DNA of 47,068 bases from Candidatus Omnitrophota bacterium. Lineage in GTDB: Bacteria; Hinthialibacterota; Hinthialibacteria; OLB16. The first letter of the stretch is position 1; every line of letters begins with the position of its first letter. The stretch spans positions 1-47,068 of the forward strand of contig JAJDBZ010000129.1 of the NCBI GenBank assembly GCA_029261095.1. Reading direction: 5' to 3'. Position numbers and translations under genes: made by a program. The notes below the pieces were generated by a model. It was not told where the DNA came from. It did not search any database and worked only from the letters and a program-made list of their open reading frames with translations. This document shows positions 35,435-44,176 of this stretch, piece by piece.

Positions 35435-36808
35435 ATGATTCGAACGACCCCAATCTGGGTAACAATTGCGTTCCTGTTTTCCCTGCCATTCTCCTGTCAA
35501 AACGTTTACGCACAGATGACTGGATACGACGCGGGTGGTGGAGTCTTCGCGGAGATCGTCGATATCGACACCATGAGCGGCGCCGGTTCCGCTCCCGCGG
35601 AGTACTCAGGATGCTTTACCTCACCGACCAATGTCTTCTTCGGTGGCGGAACCAATAGTGCTGGTTTTACGGTCGGTATGGCCTATGTGGGGTCGACCCT
35701 GTATGGGTTGGAATTCGACGGTGGAAGTTACTTCCTCTATACAGTGGGGACCGACGAATTCGGTTGCGCGCACGCGACTCGAGTGGGTGGCGCGGTCGGG
35801 GTTTCCGGTGTCGCTTTGAACAGTCTGGCTTATTGTCCCACCGACGACACTCTCTATACACACGCGTTCCTCTCCGGTGGCCACATGGGACAACTCTACT
35901 CCCTGGACATGACAACCGGTGCGGGGACCGCCATCGGGAGTTTGACCGGGTTTGATTTTCGCATTCTGGGAATGACCTGCGATCCCTCGACTGGAACCCT
36001 CTATGGTATCACCTCGGGGCACGCCTCCCGATTCCCGGATGTGGAACTGGTCACCATCGACCGCACAACCAGCGATGTCACAGCCATCGGAACCACAGGC
36101 ATCCCCTCCGCCGGTTCGATGACCAATGCGGAAAGTTTGGCGATGGATACCTCTGGAATGTCACCTGCGATGTTCGCCGGAGCGGATATGATTTGGGAGG
36201 TTGATATCGCCACCGGTGTCGGAGCCATGGTTGGCGGCACTTATAACGGCCAGATCTTTGCAATGGCTTCCGCCTCGACAGGCATCGCTGGCGACACGCC
36301 GACTCCGACCAATACCGTGGAAGCAACCGCAACCGACACACCCACCGAAACTCCTACAGATATACCGACTTCAACTTCAACCAACACGCCGACCGAGACG
36401 CCCACCCCGACCGACACTATGGAAGTTGTCCTCACAGATACCCCGACGGAAACCGAGACACCCACACCCACCTCTCCCGAGACGTCCACCCCGACCGATA
36501 CCGCAGAGGCCACTGCCACAGACACTCCCACCGAAGGCGAGACTGCAACCGCGACACCGACTGAAACTGCAACCGCGTCACCGACTGAAACCACTACATC
36601 GATGGTGACCGGAACGCCAACCGACACAGCGACTCCGACAGAGACTCCAATCCAAGAACAACTGGACCCGGTTTCCCTTCTCGAACTCCTGAATATGGGA
36701 GTCGACTCGGAGACACTCTTCGAGCGAAGCCTGGGGTGGTATGCGGGGATGACATCGAACCAAGGTCCGCCGCGTCCCGCTCCGCGATCCCTCAGTCCGC
36801 CAGATTGA
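35435..36808 (+). CDS. Secreted protein: signal peptide, beta-propeller-like domain, very long Thr/Pro/Glu linker, short C-terminal tail
   Basis: GGAGG 8 nt upstream of ATG 35435 (the track start is 35411). Signal peptide [27 protein letters not shown]. Recurring LYG/LYT strands. Linker of ~119 aa. Tail [27 protein letters not shown]. Confidence 0.7.
   Translation: MIRTTPIWVTIAFLFSLPFSCQNVYAQMTGYDAGGGVFAEIVDIDTMSGAGSAPAEYSGCFTSPTNVFFGGGTNSAGFTVGMAYVGSTLYGLEFDGGSYFLYTVGTDEFGCAHATRVGGAVGVSGVALNSLAYCPTDDTLYTHAFLSGGHMGQLYSLDMTTGAGTAIGSLTGFDFRILGMTCDPSTGTLYGITSGHASRFPDVELVTIDRTTSDVTAIGTTGIPSAGSMTNAESLAMDTSGMSPAMFAGADMIWEVDIATGVGAMVGGTYNGQIFAMASASTGIAGDTPTPTNTVEATATDTPTETPTDIPTSTSTNTPTETPTPTDTMEVVLTDTPTETETPTPTSPETSTPTDTAEATATDTPTEGETATATPTETATASPTETTTSMVTGTPTDTATPTETPIQEQLDPVSLLELLNMGVDSETLFERSLGWYAGMTSNQGPPRPAPRSLSPPD
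36293..36649 (+). repeat. Coding low-complexity Thr/Pro/Glu/Ala linker with degenerate tandem units
   Basis: Encodes [23 protein letters not shown]...[15 protein letters not shown]...[28 protein letters not shown]... The unit ATATDTPTE recurs. Confidence 0.9.
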
Positions 36809-36909
36809 TTCGAGAGGGCATCCACTCACAACCGGCTTGCCAGGAATCTCGCTCGCGCGCTACGTTAGCAATCCTCACCTAAGACGAATCCCGACACGGA
36901 GGCGGAACC

Positions 36910-38211
36910 ATGGCCAAATATTGGCTCATCATCGGACTGGCGGTTCTCCCATTTAATATGGCGATAGCAGAACCCTTAATAGCAGGTCGAGCTCGAATCG
37001 ATATCACCCCTCCCCTGGAATTCAAGACATCGCTGGGCGGTTATGGGGATCGAATGAGCGAGCCCGCGGTCGGCGTTCATGATCGTCTGTTTGCCAAAGC
37101 CCTGGTCATCGTCCAGCGCGAGAAGAAGTATGCTCTGGTTACCGCCGATGCCCTTGGTTTTCCTCCCGCTTTCAAACCAGCGATGATTGAAAAGATCGAC
37201 GATCCTTCCTGGTCGGCCGAAAACATCATGCTCCTGCCAAGCCACTCTCACACGACGTTTGATATGAGCGAGATCAACCCGATGAACGAGTTGGGAATTC
37301 CGCAGTTGGGGATTTATCGTCCCGAGTTGTTTGAGGTTCTGATTGACCGGTTCGCAACTCTCATTAAAGAAGCGGAAAAGACCTGGGTTCCCATTAAAGT
37401 GGGGACCGACTCCATCCAGGTGGAAGGGTGGGCCGCCAACCGGCGCAGGGGAGAGACTTTCAAAGATGAGGTCCTGACAGTGACCCGTCTCGATACGGAG
37501 GAGGGAATGCCTTTCGCGATCTTCGTCAACTTTGCCGCTCACCCCACCTTCATGTCTGAAAGAGAAATGATGTTCTCCGGCGGATGGCCAGGGCAGATGC
37601 AACGAACTGTAGAGGCTCTGGTCGGCGAGGATGCTCTTTGTCTCTTTTCCAACGGAGCAGAGGGAGATCAACGCCCGGTGGCGCGACCCGATTCGGGTTC
37701 CTCCAATTGGGAAAAAGCGGAGCGGTACGGTCGCGAATTCGCGATCGAGGTTCATCAGGTTTGGGAGAACATCAAGCCTCAACCGATCCAGAAGTTTGCT
37801 TATCACTTGGAAGTGATCGACCTCCCACCGCGTAGTTGGCACCCGGATTTTATGCAGACAGGCGGGGCCGAATACGGGCTTCGTGAAGACATGATGGATG
37901 TACTTATCGAAGGGTTGGTTCCGGCGAAATCGATGTGCGGATTCCTACGATTGGATGATCTCCTCTTGATCGGTATTCCCGGTGAATTGGCGGCCGGTAT
38001 CGGGAAAGAACTCAAAGACAAGGCCATAGCGAAGACCGGGATCAAGCATGCCATTATCGGTGGTCTCGCCAACGAGTGGATCAGCTACATGCTCTCACCC
38101 GAGCAATACAACGGGACTGGCGGTTATGAAGCATCCGTCAGCTTCTATGGGCCCCAACTCGGCCCGATGGTGGTGGAAGGTGCGCTGGGTGGGGTGGAGA
38201 AAGTTCGGTAA
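36910..38211 (+). CDS. Neutral/alkaline ceramidase N-terminal-domain-like hydrolase
   Basis: GGAGG SD. Signal-like N-terminus. GRARIDITPPLEFKTSLGGYGDRMSEPAVGVHDRLFAKALVIV...ALVTADALGF and LPSHSHTT fit the ceramidase_alk N-domain pattern. Confidence 0.55.
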   Translation: MAKYWLIIGLAVLPFNMAIAEPLIAGRARIDITPPLEFKTSLGGYGDRMSEPAVGVHDRLFAKALVIVQREKKYALVTADALGFPPAFKPAMIEKIDDPSWSAENIMLLPSHSHTTFDMSEINPMNELGIPQLGIYRPELFEVLIDRFATLIKEAEKTWVPIKVGTDSIQVEGWAANRRRGETFKDEVLTVTRLDTEEGMPFAIFVNFAAHPTFMSEREMMFSGGWPGQMQRTVEALVGEDALCLFSNGAEGDQRPVARPDSGSSNWEKAERYGREFAIEVHQVWENIKPQPIQKFAYHLEVIDLPPRSWHPDFMQTGGAEYGLREDMMDVLIEGLVPAKSMCGFLRLDDLLLIGIPGELAAGIGKELKDKAIAKTGIKHAIIGGLANEWISYMLSPEQYNGTGGYEASVSFYGPQLGPMVVEGALGGVEKVR

Positions 38212-38273
38212 ACGGTAATCGAATACCATCAACCCCAAGAGTTTGTGGAAAGTAGATACCACTCAAACATTGA

Positions 38274-39539
38274 TTAGTAGGCGTATGGGCAAAGAAAAGA
38301 AAACCTCGGTCCCTCCAGCATTCCCGCGCGTGTCTTCAATGCACCGAAAAGACCGCTGGTCTCTTTGATCTTCTTAGTGACTGTCTTGGGGACGCCCTTG
38401 ATTCCTGCCAATTTTCCGACCCGTTTTATCGCGTCATCCAGAGTACCCAACTCGTCAACTAACCCCACACGGTGGGCTTGGCGTCCGGTATAGATCCGAC
38501 CTTCCGCCAGTTCGGCGACACGGGAAGCGACTTGATCGTCATCCAAGGTTTCAGCAAAAGAAGCGATTAACGGATCGACCTCCTCTTCCTCCTCCTCCGA
38601 GTTGTCTGTCTCCTCGCCGAGCGTGTCGGTAGCATCGGCCACAACATCGTCCGCCTCTTCCTGGGTCGAGTCCAATACTTTCACATCAGCGACTGTCTCT
38701 GTTGTTGCCGAGGTGGCCGATAAGATCACCCCGGATGAAGAGATGGGCGAAATTCCCAGTCCACCCCAAGCTGGCGAGGGATAAACCACTCCTCCTAGAT
38801 CGGCCATCTCAGTTTCCGAAACCGGCCCACCTGGAAGCGCCTCGTTCCAACCGCGAGCAATGGAGACTTTGTTCTGACTGCGGTTTTCCGACACAGCCTC
38901 GAGGAATTGCTGGTAGTAATCGTCGACCACCGCGTTGAACATCTCCCGCTCGTAGGGTTCCATTTCCCTTGAGTAGTCGCCCGCAGTTTTAAACGCGCCT
39001 TTCTTAACGATATCGAACTCGATGCCGATTTTCTCCATGAGCTCGGTTAGATTCATGAGTTGCATGTAGACCCCAATACTCCCCGTCAACGTCCCCGGCA
39101 TCGCATATATTTCATCTGCCGCACAAGCAACGTAGTAACCCCCACTCGCGGCCACGGAATTCATGAAAGCCACAACCGGTTTTCCTTCATCACGAATCTT
39201 CTCAACCGCATCGCACACCATCTGTGTCGGTGCGATCCCGCCCCCGGGCGAATTGATGTTCAGCACCACTGCGGATATGCTTTCGCTTGTTTCACATTCC
39301 TCCAAGAGATCCACCCAATCCTCGACATCGAGCAGTGTTCCCTCGATTTCGACCACCGCCACCTTCTTGCCGAAAAGAGGAACGCCTGTCTCCGTATCGT
39401 CAAACATGGAGAACACAAAAAACCCAAGGAACGCCAGTAAGGCGAAGACCCCCACAGTCAGAAGGATCAAGATAAAGAGCCAACCCTTTCGTTCTTTTCG
39501 CGGAGGAGGAGCCGGTAATGCTTGATGATAATCAGTCAT
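38274..39539 (-). CDS. sppA: Signal peptide peptidase SppA (36K type, S49) with a long internal insert
   Basis: N-terminal TM. VAVVEIEGTL, NINSPGGG, VAFMNSVAASGGYYVACAADEIYA.PGTLTGSIGV, GRIYTGRQAHRVGLVDELG. Confidence 0.8.
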   Translation of the reverse strand: MTDYHQALPAPPPRKERKGWLFILILLTVGVFALLAFLGFFVFSMFDDTETGVPLFGKKVAVVEIEGTLLDVEDWVDLLEECETSESISAVVLNINSPGGGIAPTQMVCDAVEKIRDEGKPVVAFMNSVAASGGYYVACAADEIYAMPGTLTGSIGVYMQLMNLTELMEKIGIEFDIVKKGAFKTAGDYSREMEPYEREMFNAVVDDYYQQFLEAVSENRSQNKVSIARGWNEALPGGPVSETEMADLGGVVYPSPAWGGLGISPISSSGVILSATSATTETVADVKVLDSTQEEADDVVADATDTLGEETDNSEEEEEEVDPLIASFAETLDDDQVASRVAELAEGRIYTGRQAHRVGLVDELGTLDDAIKRVGKLAGIKGVPKTVTKKIKETSGLFGALKTRAGMLEGPRFSFLCPYAY

Positions 39540-39560
39540 GTTTTCCTATTCTCTCGTTCT

Positions 39561-40298
39561 TTAAAAATCGCCAGTCGCAGCGCGCCCAGTTGGGGGACGG
39601 ACCGAATAGCCAACAGGGGGCAATCCGCGGACATCGAATGTGACATTGTCCACTTGGTAACTGTCCCGAAAAGTCCCGGTAAAAACCGCAGCCTGTCCGG
39701 GGGCCAGAGTCGAGGGTTGGGAGAAGACCGTTACTTTTTTCTGACCACCCTCACTCTTGAGTCGCCCGGTCGACCCATAAACATAGACATCCACTTGAAC
39801 ATTATTCATCGGTGTTTCCGATTGGTTCACCAGCTGGCCGGTCACCACGGTGCTACCACCCGCACGGTTCACCTGATATCCAGTCACAATGAGCCGGCCC
39901 AATGGATTGACCTCTCGCGTTCGCTGAGTCAAACGATCGGCGTTAACCTGCTGATTGGTTTGGACATTCAAGAGTTGACGTTCCAGGTTGGCGAGGGATT
40001 GTGATAGGTAATCGATTCGTTGGAGGATCTGTTCCTGCATGTTCATCAATTGATTCAACAACTCTTCAGAGACTCTGTCTTCGGATTTCTCAGCAATGCT
40101 AAATCCTTTGACAGTCTCCATGTCGACCTGGCTGACACCCGCTTGGGTCTGGACCACCAACTTACCCTCTTCCATACCGACAACAATGCCCCTAACCAGA
40201 TCCCCATTATTCTTTGCGATTTCATCGGCGAAGGATGTTTTAGAGATTAAGACGACAAGAAGAATGGCGCTTATCAACCAGCACTTTGTAAGTTTCAT
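39561..40298 (-). CDS. Secreted coiled-coil protein with C-terminal FxLYD-like beta-sandwich
   Basis: ATG 40298 has GAGGAA upstream and gives the signal peptide MKLTKCWLISAILLVVLISKTSFA. The track's longer ORF (to 40460) overlaps the upstream gene. C-terminus VTGQLVNQSETPMNNVQVDVYVYGSTG...LAPGQAAVFTGTF. Confidence 0.55.
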   Translation of the reverse strand: MKLTKCWLISAILLVVLISKTSFADEIAKNNGDLVRGIVVGMEEGKLVVQTQAGVSQVDMETVKGFSIAEKSEDRVSEELLNQLMNMQEQILQRIDYLSQSLANLERQLLNVQTNQQVNADRLTQRTREVNPLGRLIVTGYQVNRAGGSTVVTGQLVNQSETPMNNVQVDVYVYGSTGRLKSEGGQKKVTVFSQPSTLAPGQAAVFTGTFRDSYQVDNVTFDVRGLPPVGYSVRPPTGRAATGDF

Positions 40299-40347
40299 AT
40301 TGAATTCCTCGTTTCCTGAATGGGCTTCCTGTGCATTGTATCCAAAA

Positions 40348-41316
40348 TCAAGCCATTTTGCGGAGATTTCGTTCGGCTTCTTCGGTAACCCGGATGGCGA
40401 GATCCAGTGCGCGACGGCCATCTTCTCCTGTGACCACCGGTATTTTTCCCTCCTGCACACATTCGAGGAAACTGTTCAGCTCGGTGGTGAGTTGGTCATC
40501 TTCGCGGTTCATCTTGATAATACGGTGAGTGATACCCGGCATCGGATCTCCCATCCGATTGTCATTCTGACCAAGTTTCTGGAAGACCGCAATCTGTTCT
40601 TTCTGATAGTCGAGGGAGAAATAACCATTTGTTTGGAAAATCCTGATACGTCGTTGTGGTTCCAGGGAGACTCGACTCGCGGTGAGATTGGCCACACACC
40701 CATCCTCAAACGCGATCCGTGCGCTGGCGATATCCTCAAAGCCGGTCAAAACCGGTACGCCCACCGAGTCGCATCGCGCCACTTTTGATGGGACTAATGC
40801 AAGGATGAGATCGAGGTCATGAATCATGAGGTCCACAACCACACCGATATCTTGGACACGGGGACTGAAAAGAGTCAGGCGGTGCCCTTCGATGAATCGC
40901 GGCCGGTCCAGGATGTTTCGCAATTCCATGATGGCCGAATTGAACCGTTCGATGTGTCCCACTTGGAGGACACGTTTCCGTTCTTTCGCCAACGCAATGA
41001 GATCATCGGCATCCTCGAGAGTTTTGGTAATCGGTTTCTCGACAAAGACATGGAGTCCCGCCTTAAGCGCGGGCGCGGCGAGGGAGTGGTGGTAAATGGT
41101 GGGTGTGACAATATCCACGGCCTCGCATTTTTCCATGAGTTGTTCCGAGTTGTCGAAATAGGGAATCCCTTCTCGTTCGGCGATCTCTTCGCCCCTTTGA
41201 GGATCGACATCATGAACCCCGACCAAATCGGCCCGATCCAGGTTGTTCAAAATTCGGGCATGGTGTTTCCCGAGATGACCGACCCCAAATACGCCAATTT
41301 TAGTTTTTTCTGACAT
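40348..41316 (-). CDS. Gfo/Idh/MocA-family NAD(P)-dependent oxidoreductase
   Basis: Rossmann IGVFGVGHLGKHH, VFVEKPI (EKP motif), LQVGHIERFN. Confidence 0.8.
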   Translation of the reverse strand: MSEKTKIGVFGVGHLGKHHARILNNLDRADLVGVHDVDPQRGEEIAEREGIPYFDNSEQLMEKCEAVDIVTPTIYHHSLAAPALKAGLHVFVEKPITKTLEDADDLIALAKERKRVLQVGHIERFNSAIMELRNILDRPRFIEGHRLTLFSPRVQDIGVVVDLMIHDLDLILALVPSKVARCDSVGVPVLTGFEDIASARIAFEDGCVANLTASRVSLEPQRRIRIFQTNGYFSLDYQKEQIAVFQKLGQNDNRMGDPMPGITHRIIKMNREDDQLTTELNSFLECVQEGKIPVVTGEDGRRALDLAIRVTEEAERNLRKMA

Positions 41317-41506
41317 TCAAACCCTTTCGAGATCGATGACGATCCAAGATAGGAGGTTAACACAGGGGATTTTGGATTGGACAGGTGGCGGGGACGAGGC
41401 GAATAGGATGAAGAGGTAGAGCCAATGCCCCTATCCTCCAGTTGCCAACTCTTGATCCTCTTGCCATGATGCCGAAAACCTCGTTAATACAGGAGATTTT
41501 CGTTTC

Positions 41507-42811
41507 ATGACCGATCCAATTCGTGTGGCTGTCGTGGGCGGCGGGATGTTCTTTGATGAGATCATCGGCCCCTCTTTGACCGATTTTGCCAGAGGAGGCA
41601 TCGCGGGGGCTTTGAGTAGCATCGCGATGAGTCACCACGCTCCGTCGGTGGCCGGTATTCCCATCGAATTCGGCGCGATCGGGACTCACTCAGAGAAATC
41701 GGGTACCGCCGGACGAATAGCGGGCCGATTTGCCAAGACATTGGGCAATTCCGGTCCGAAACCGTACTATGGAGAGAACGTTTGGGAGGAAATTCTGGAG
41801 AAAGAGAAGCCAGACATCCTGGTGGTGGCAACTCCTGACGACCTTCACACACCCGCAATCCTTGCGGCCTTGGAGAGCGGAGCCGATGTCATCACCGAGA
41901 AGCCTATGTGTTTGACACTCGATGAAGCGGACAAGGTCATCGACAAAGCCGCAACCGAACAGCGCATTGTCGGGGTGGATATGCACAAACGCTACGATCC
42001 ATTTGTCCGCCACATGATGACGCACTCGCTCAAGAAGTACGGTCCGATTAACCGTGTGCGTGCCGTCCTTGAGGAACCCCTTGAAGTCTCCACAGAAGTC
42101 TTTGCCTGGGCTGAGAAATCGAACCCCTTTACCTATGTGGGGTGCCACTGGCTCGATGTGGTCGAGCACTATATGAAAGTCCGGCCCGTGGCCCTGTATG
42201 CAACGGGAGAAAAGAACCTTCTATGCAATTGGGACGAATACGGTCCCTTGATTGCGGCACAACGGGGGAAGTTGAAGAGCGACTTGAAGAAACAGGGGCC
42301 GATCAAAACCTGGGATTCCATGAATGTGAACATCACATATGACAATGGAATGCGCGGCGACTACAACAACACCTGGATCAACCCCGCCGAATTCGAGGGT
42401 GCGGTCAACCAGGAGATTGAAGTGTACGGCATCATGGGCCGTGGCCTGGTCGACCAACAAGACCGTGGCTTCCGCGAAACCATCACCGGCGACGGAACGC
42501 GCACACGTAACCCCACTTTTGGGGGAGTCGTGGAATCCTCCGAAGTCGGCAGCGAGCTCTCTGGTTATGGGAAAGCCTCCCTCGCCGCCTGTTTCCTTGC
42601 CATCCTCCGGCGTCGTCGCCTCGGGAAGACCGTTTCTGAACTCAAAGGAACTTATCCTTCCGCATCAGAACAACGCTGGATTACGATGATCCTGGAGGCT
42701 GCGGCCATTGTGGCTCAAAAGAACTTCGACCACGCGATGAAGGGAGAGGGGGCTCCAGTGACCGCGCGTTTCGCCGAGGATGGATTTGAGGTATTGGACC
42801 CGCTGGGGTGA
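41507..42811 (+). CDS. Gfo/Idh/MocA-family oxidoreductase (long form)
   Basis: AGGAG SD. IRVAVVGGGMFF, DILVVATPDDLH, VITEKPM, VGVDMHKRYDP. Confidence 0.75.
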   Translation: MTDPIRVAVVGGGMFFDEIIGPSLTDFARGGIAGALSSIAMSHHAPSVAGIPIEFGAIGTHSEKSGTAGRIAGRFAKTLGNSGPKPYYGENVWEEILEKEKPDILVVATPDDLHTPAILAALESGADVITEKPMCLTLDEADKVIDKAATEQRIVGVDMHKRYDPFVRHMMTHSLKKYGPINRVRAVLEEPLEVSTEVFAWAEKSNPFTYVGCHWLDVVEHYMKVRPVALYATGEKNLLCNWDEYGPLIAAQRGKLKSDLKKQGPIKTWDSMNVNITYDNGMRGDYNNTWINPAEFEGAVNQEIEVYGIMGRGLVDQQDRGFRETITGDGTRTRNPTFGGVVESSEVGSELSGYGKASLAACFLAILRRRRLGKTVSELKGTYPSASEQRWITMILEAAAIVAQKNFDHAMKGEGAPVTARFAEDGFEVLDPLG

Positions 42812-42964
42812 GAGTGCGCATCTGGAGATTTGCTCGTCCCAGCCGATTGCACATCCTCACGTTCTTTCCGAGACAAGCGTGATCGGATAAGATAATGACA
42901 GAACATCTTGGAGGACGGTATGACGACCATCAATCTTCCCATTAAAGACTCTCAACTGGTGTAA

Positions 42965-43162
42965 TTGGTGAAACACCTTCCACCCGAATCCAAGCAAAAC
43001 ATACTGCGGACACTCATACCCCATCTTGATACTTTCGAGGGGTTGGTCGATCGCGGGGAGGCTCGAATTCGGAAGATAGCCGCGAATCGGGGGGTCGATT
43101 GGGATCTCCTCTCGGAAGAGAAGAGATTGAACTTGATTGATGAAATCCTCCATGAGTCCTGA
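42965..43162 (+). CDS. PIN-associated antitoxin-like small protein (track ORF; likely the 3' part of an interrupted 80-codon gene starting at 42920)
   Basis: 65 aa, ending 2 nt before the PIN gene start. There is no SD before TTG 42965. A strong GGAGG precedes the in-frame ATG 42920, which is separated from this ORF only by TAA 42962..42964. Confidence 0.5.
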   Translation: MVKHLPPESKQNILRTLIPHLDTFEGLVDRGEARIRKIAANRGVDWDLLSEEKRLNLIDEILHES

Positions 43163-43164
43163 AC

Positions 43165-43575
43165 TTGGCTGATCGAGTCGTCAGAGACACAAACGTTTGG
43201 ATTTCGGGCCTACTTTGGCGTGGTACCCCACATCAAATCGTATTGCTTGCAAGAGCCGGAGTCCTTCTTCCGATTTTCTCACAGTCCATGTTGGATGAAC
43301 TTCTCACAAAACTCAAAACCAATTTTGATTTTTCGGAAGTTGATGTTCAAATTACCGAGCAAGAAATCACAGAGATGGGGGAGGAAATTGAGATTACTAG
43401 TGAGGCACATTATGTTGCCAATGATCGAAAAGACGACCAATTTGTGGGGTGCGCAATCCTGGGAATAGCCACTGCGATCATATCCGGGGACAAGCACCTC
43501 CTCGAATTGGGCACGATAGAAGACATTCCGATTCTTTATCCAAGGGACTACTTGAAGCGTATTGAGAAGCAATGA
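43165..43575 (+). CDS. PIN-domain toxin (TIGR00305-like)
   Basis: VVRDTNVWISGLLW.G.P..I, SQSMLDEL, DRKDDQFVGCA, IISGDKHLLELG. The acidic PIN residues are conserved. TTG start. Confidence 0.8.
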   Translation: MADRVVRDTNVWISGLLWRGTPHQIVLLARAGVLLPIFSQSMLDELLTKLKTNFDFSEVDVQITEQEITEMGEEIEITSEAHYVANDRKDDQFVGCAILGIATAIISGDKHLLELGTIEDIPILYPRDYLKRIEKQ

Positions 43576-44159
43576 CGGATGAGGAAGCGACCCAGGTTCA
43601 AGCTCCGTTCTCGGCACCCCCGACGGGAATTGAAGTGATGGAAACCGAAGAGGGCGAATTCAGTTTTCTGATAAGGATTCCCCCAGAGCCATCACATGTT
43701 GCCACAGCAATTTGGAAATGTGGATTGGCGCTTCTCTTTCTTGGTGCAACATTCTGGTTTCCTTTTTCAGAATACATTGCAAGTTGGTTTCTCGTGCTGC
43801 CAAGACTTCTCATGATTGCTCTCATCGTGGCTTTCTGGGTCTTCTTCTTGGTCTCGGAATTTCTCGAGGTCACGATTTATACACTTGGAAAGGAAGCCCT
43901 CGTTTTCAAAAACAAAACCCTTGGATTCATGTATGGCGAAAATCAAATCTCTCGTATGGATGCCGCGGATGTCTTCGAGAAAAGAAATGACGACCCCAAG
44001 TATCCATGTTCCGTAGCAATCGAGGTTGCATCGCAGAAAGATTTTTTTGAATCCATTCCCCTGACCGAAGCGCAATGCAAGTGGTTATTGCCAATCATTA
44101 AATCTTGGCTGGAAGATTCAAGCGGCTTGATACATCCAGATGACGAAGATCATCGATAA
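43572..44159 (+). CDS. Hypothetical 2-3 TM membrane protein translationally coupled to the PIN gene
   Basis: ATGA overlap with the PIN stop. TM segments AIWKCGLALLFLGATFWFPF and LLMIALIVAFWVFFLVSEFL, followed by a ~90-aa soluble tail. I recognise no domain. Confidence 0.6.
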   Translation: MTDEEATQVQAPFSAPPTGIEVMETEEGEFSFLIRIPPEPSHVATAIWKCGLALLFLGATFWFPFSEYIASWFLVLPRLLMIALIVAFWVFFLVSEFLEVTIYTLGKEALVFKNKTLGFMYGENQISRMDAADVFEKRNDDPKYPCSVAIEVASQKDFFESIPLTEAQCKWLLPIIKSWLEDSSGLIHPDDEDHR

Positions 44160-44176
44160 CAGGTCCCGCTCCCCCC

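Noticed and set aside
36293-36649. Periodic nucleotide repeats (also 5669..5815 and 24087..24251) as a possible CRISPR or non-coding tandem array.
   Set aside because: The units are short, degenerate, in frame and encode Thr/Pro/Glu linkers within long ORFs. There is no repeat-spacer organisation.
42962-42964. Possibility that the in-frame TAA codons (antitoxin 42962; RHS relic 29719 and 29776) reflect stop-codon reassignment.
   Set aside because: TAA terminates many confident genes in this window at the expected protein ends (fliF, fliE, flgC, flgB, the ROK kinase, the histidine kinase). Ordinary nonsense mutations or pseudogenisation are the simpler explanation.
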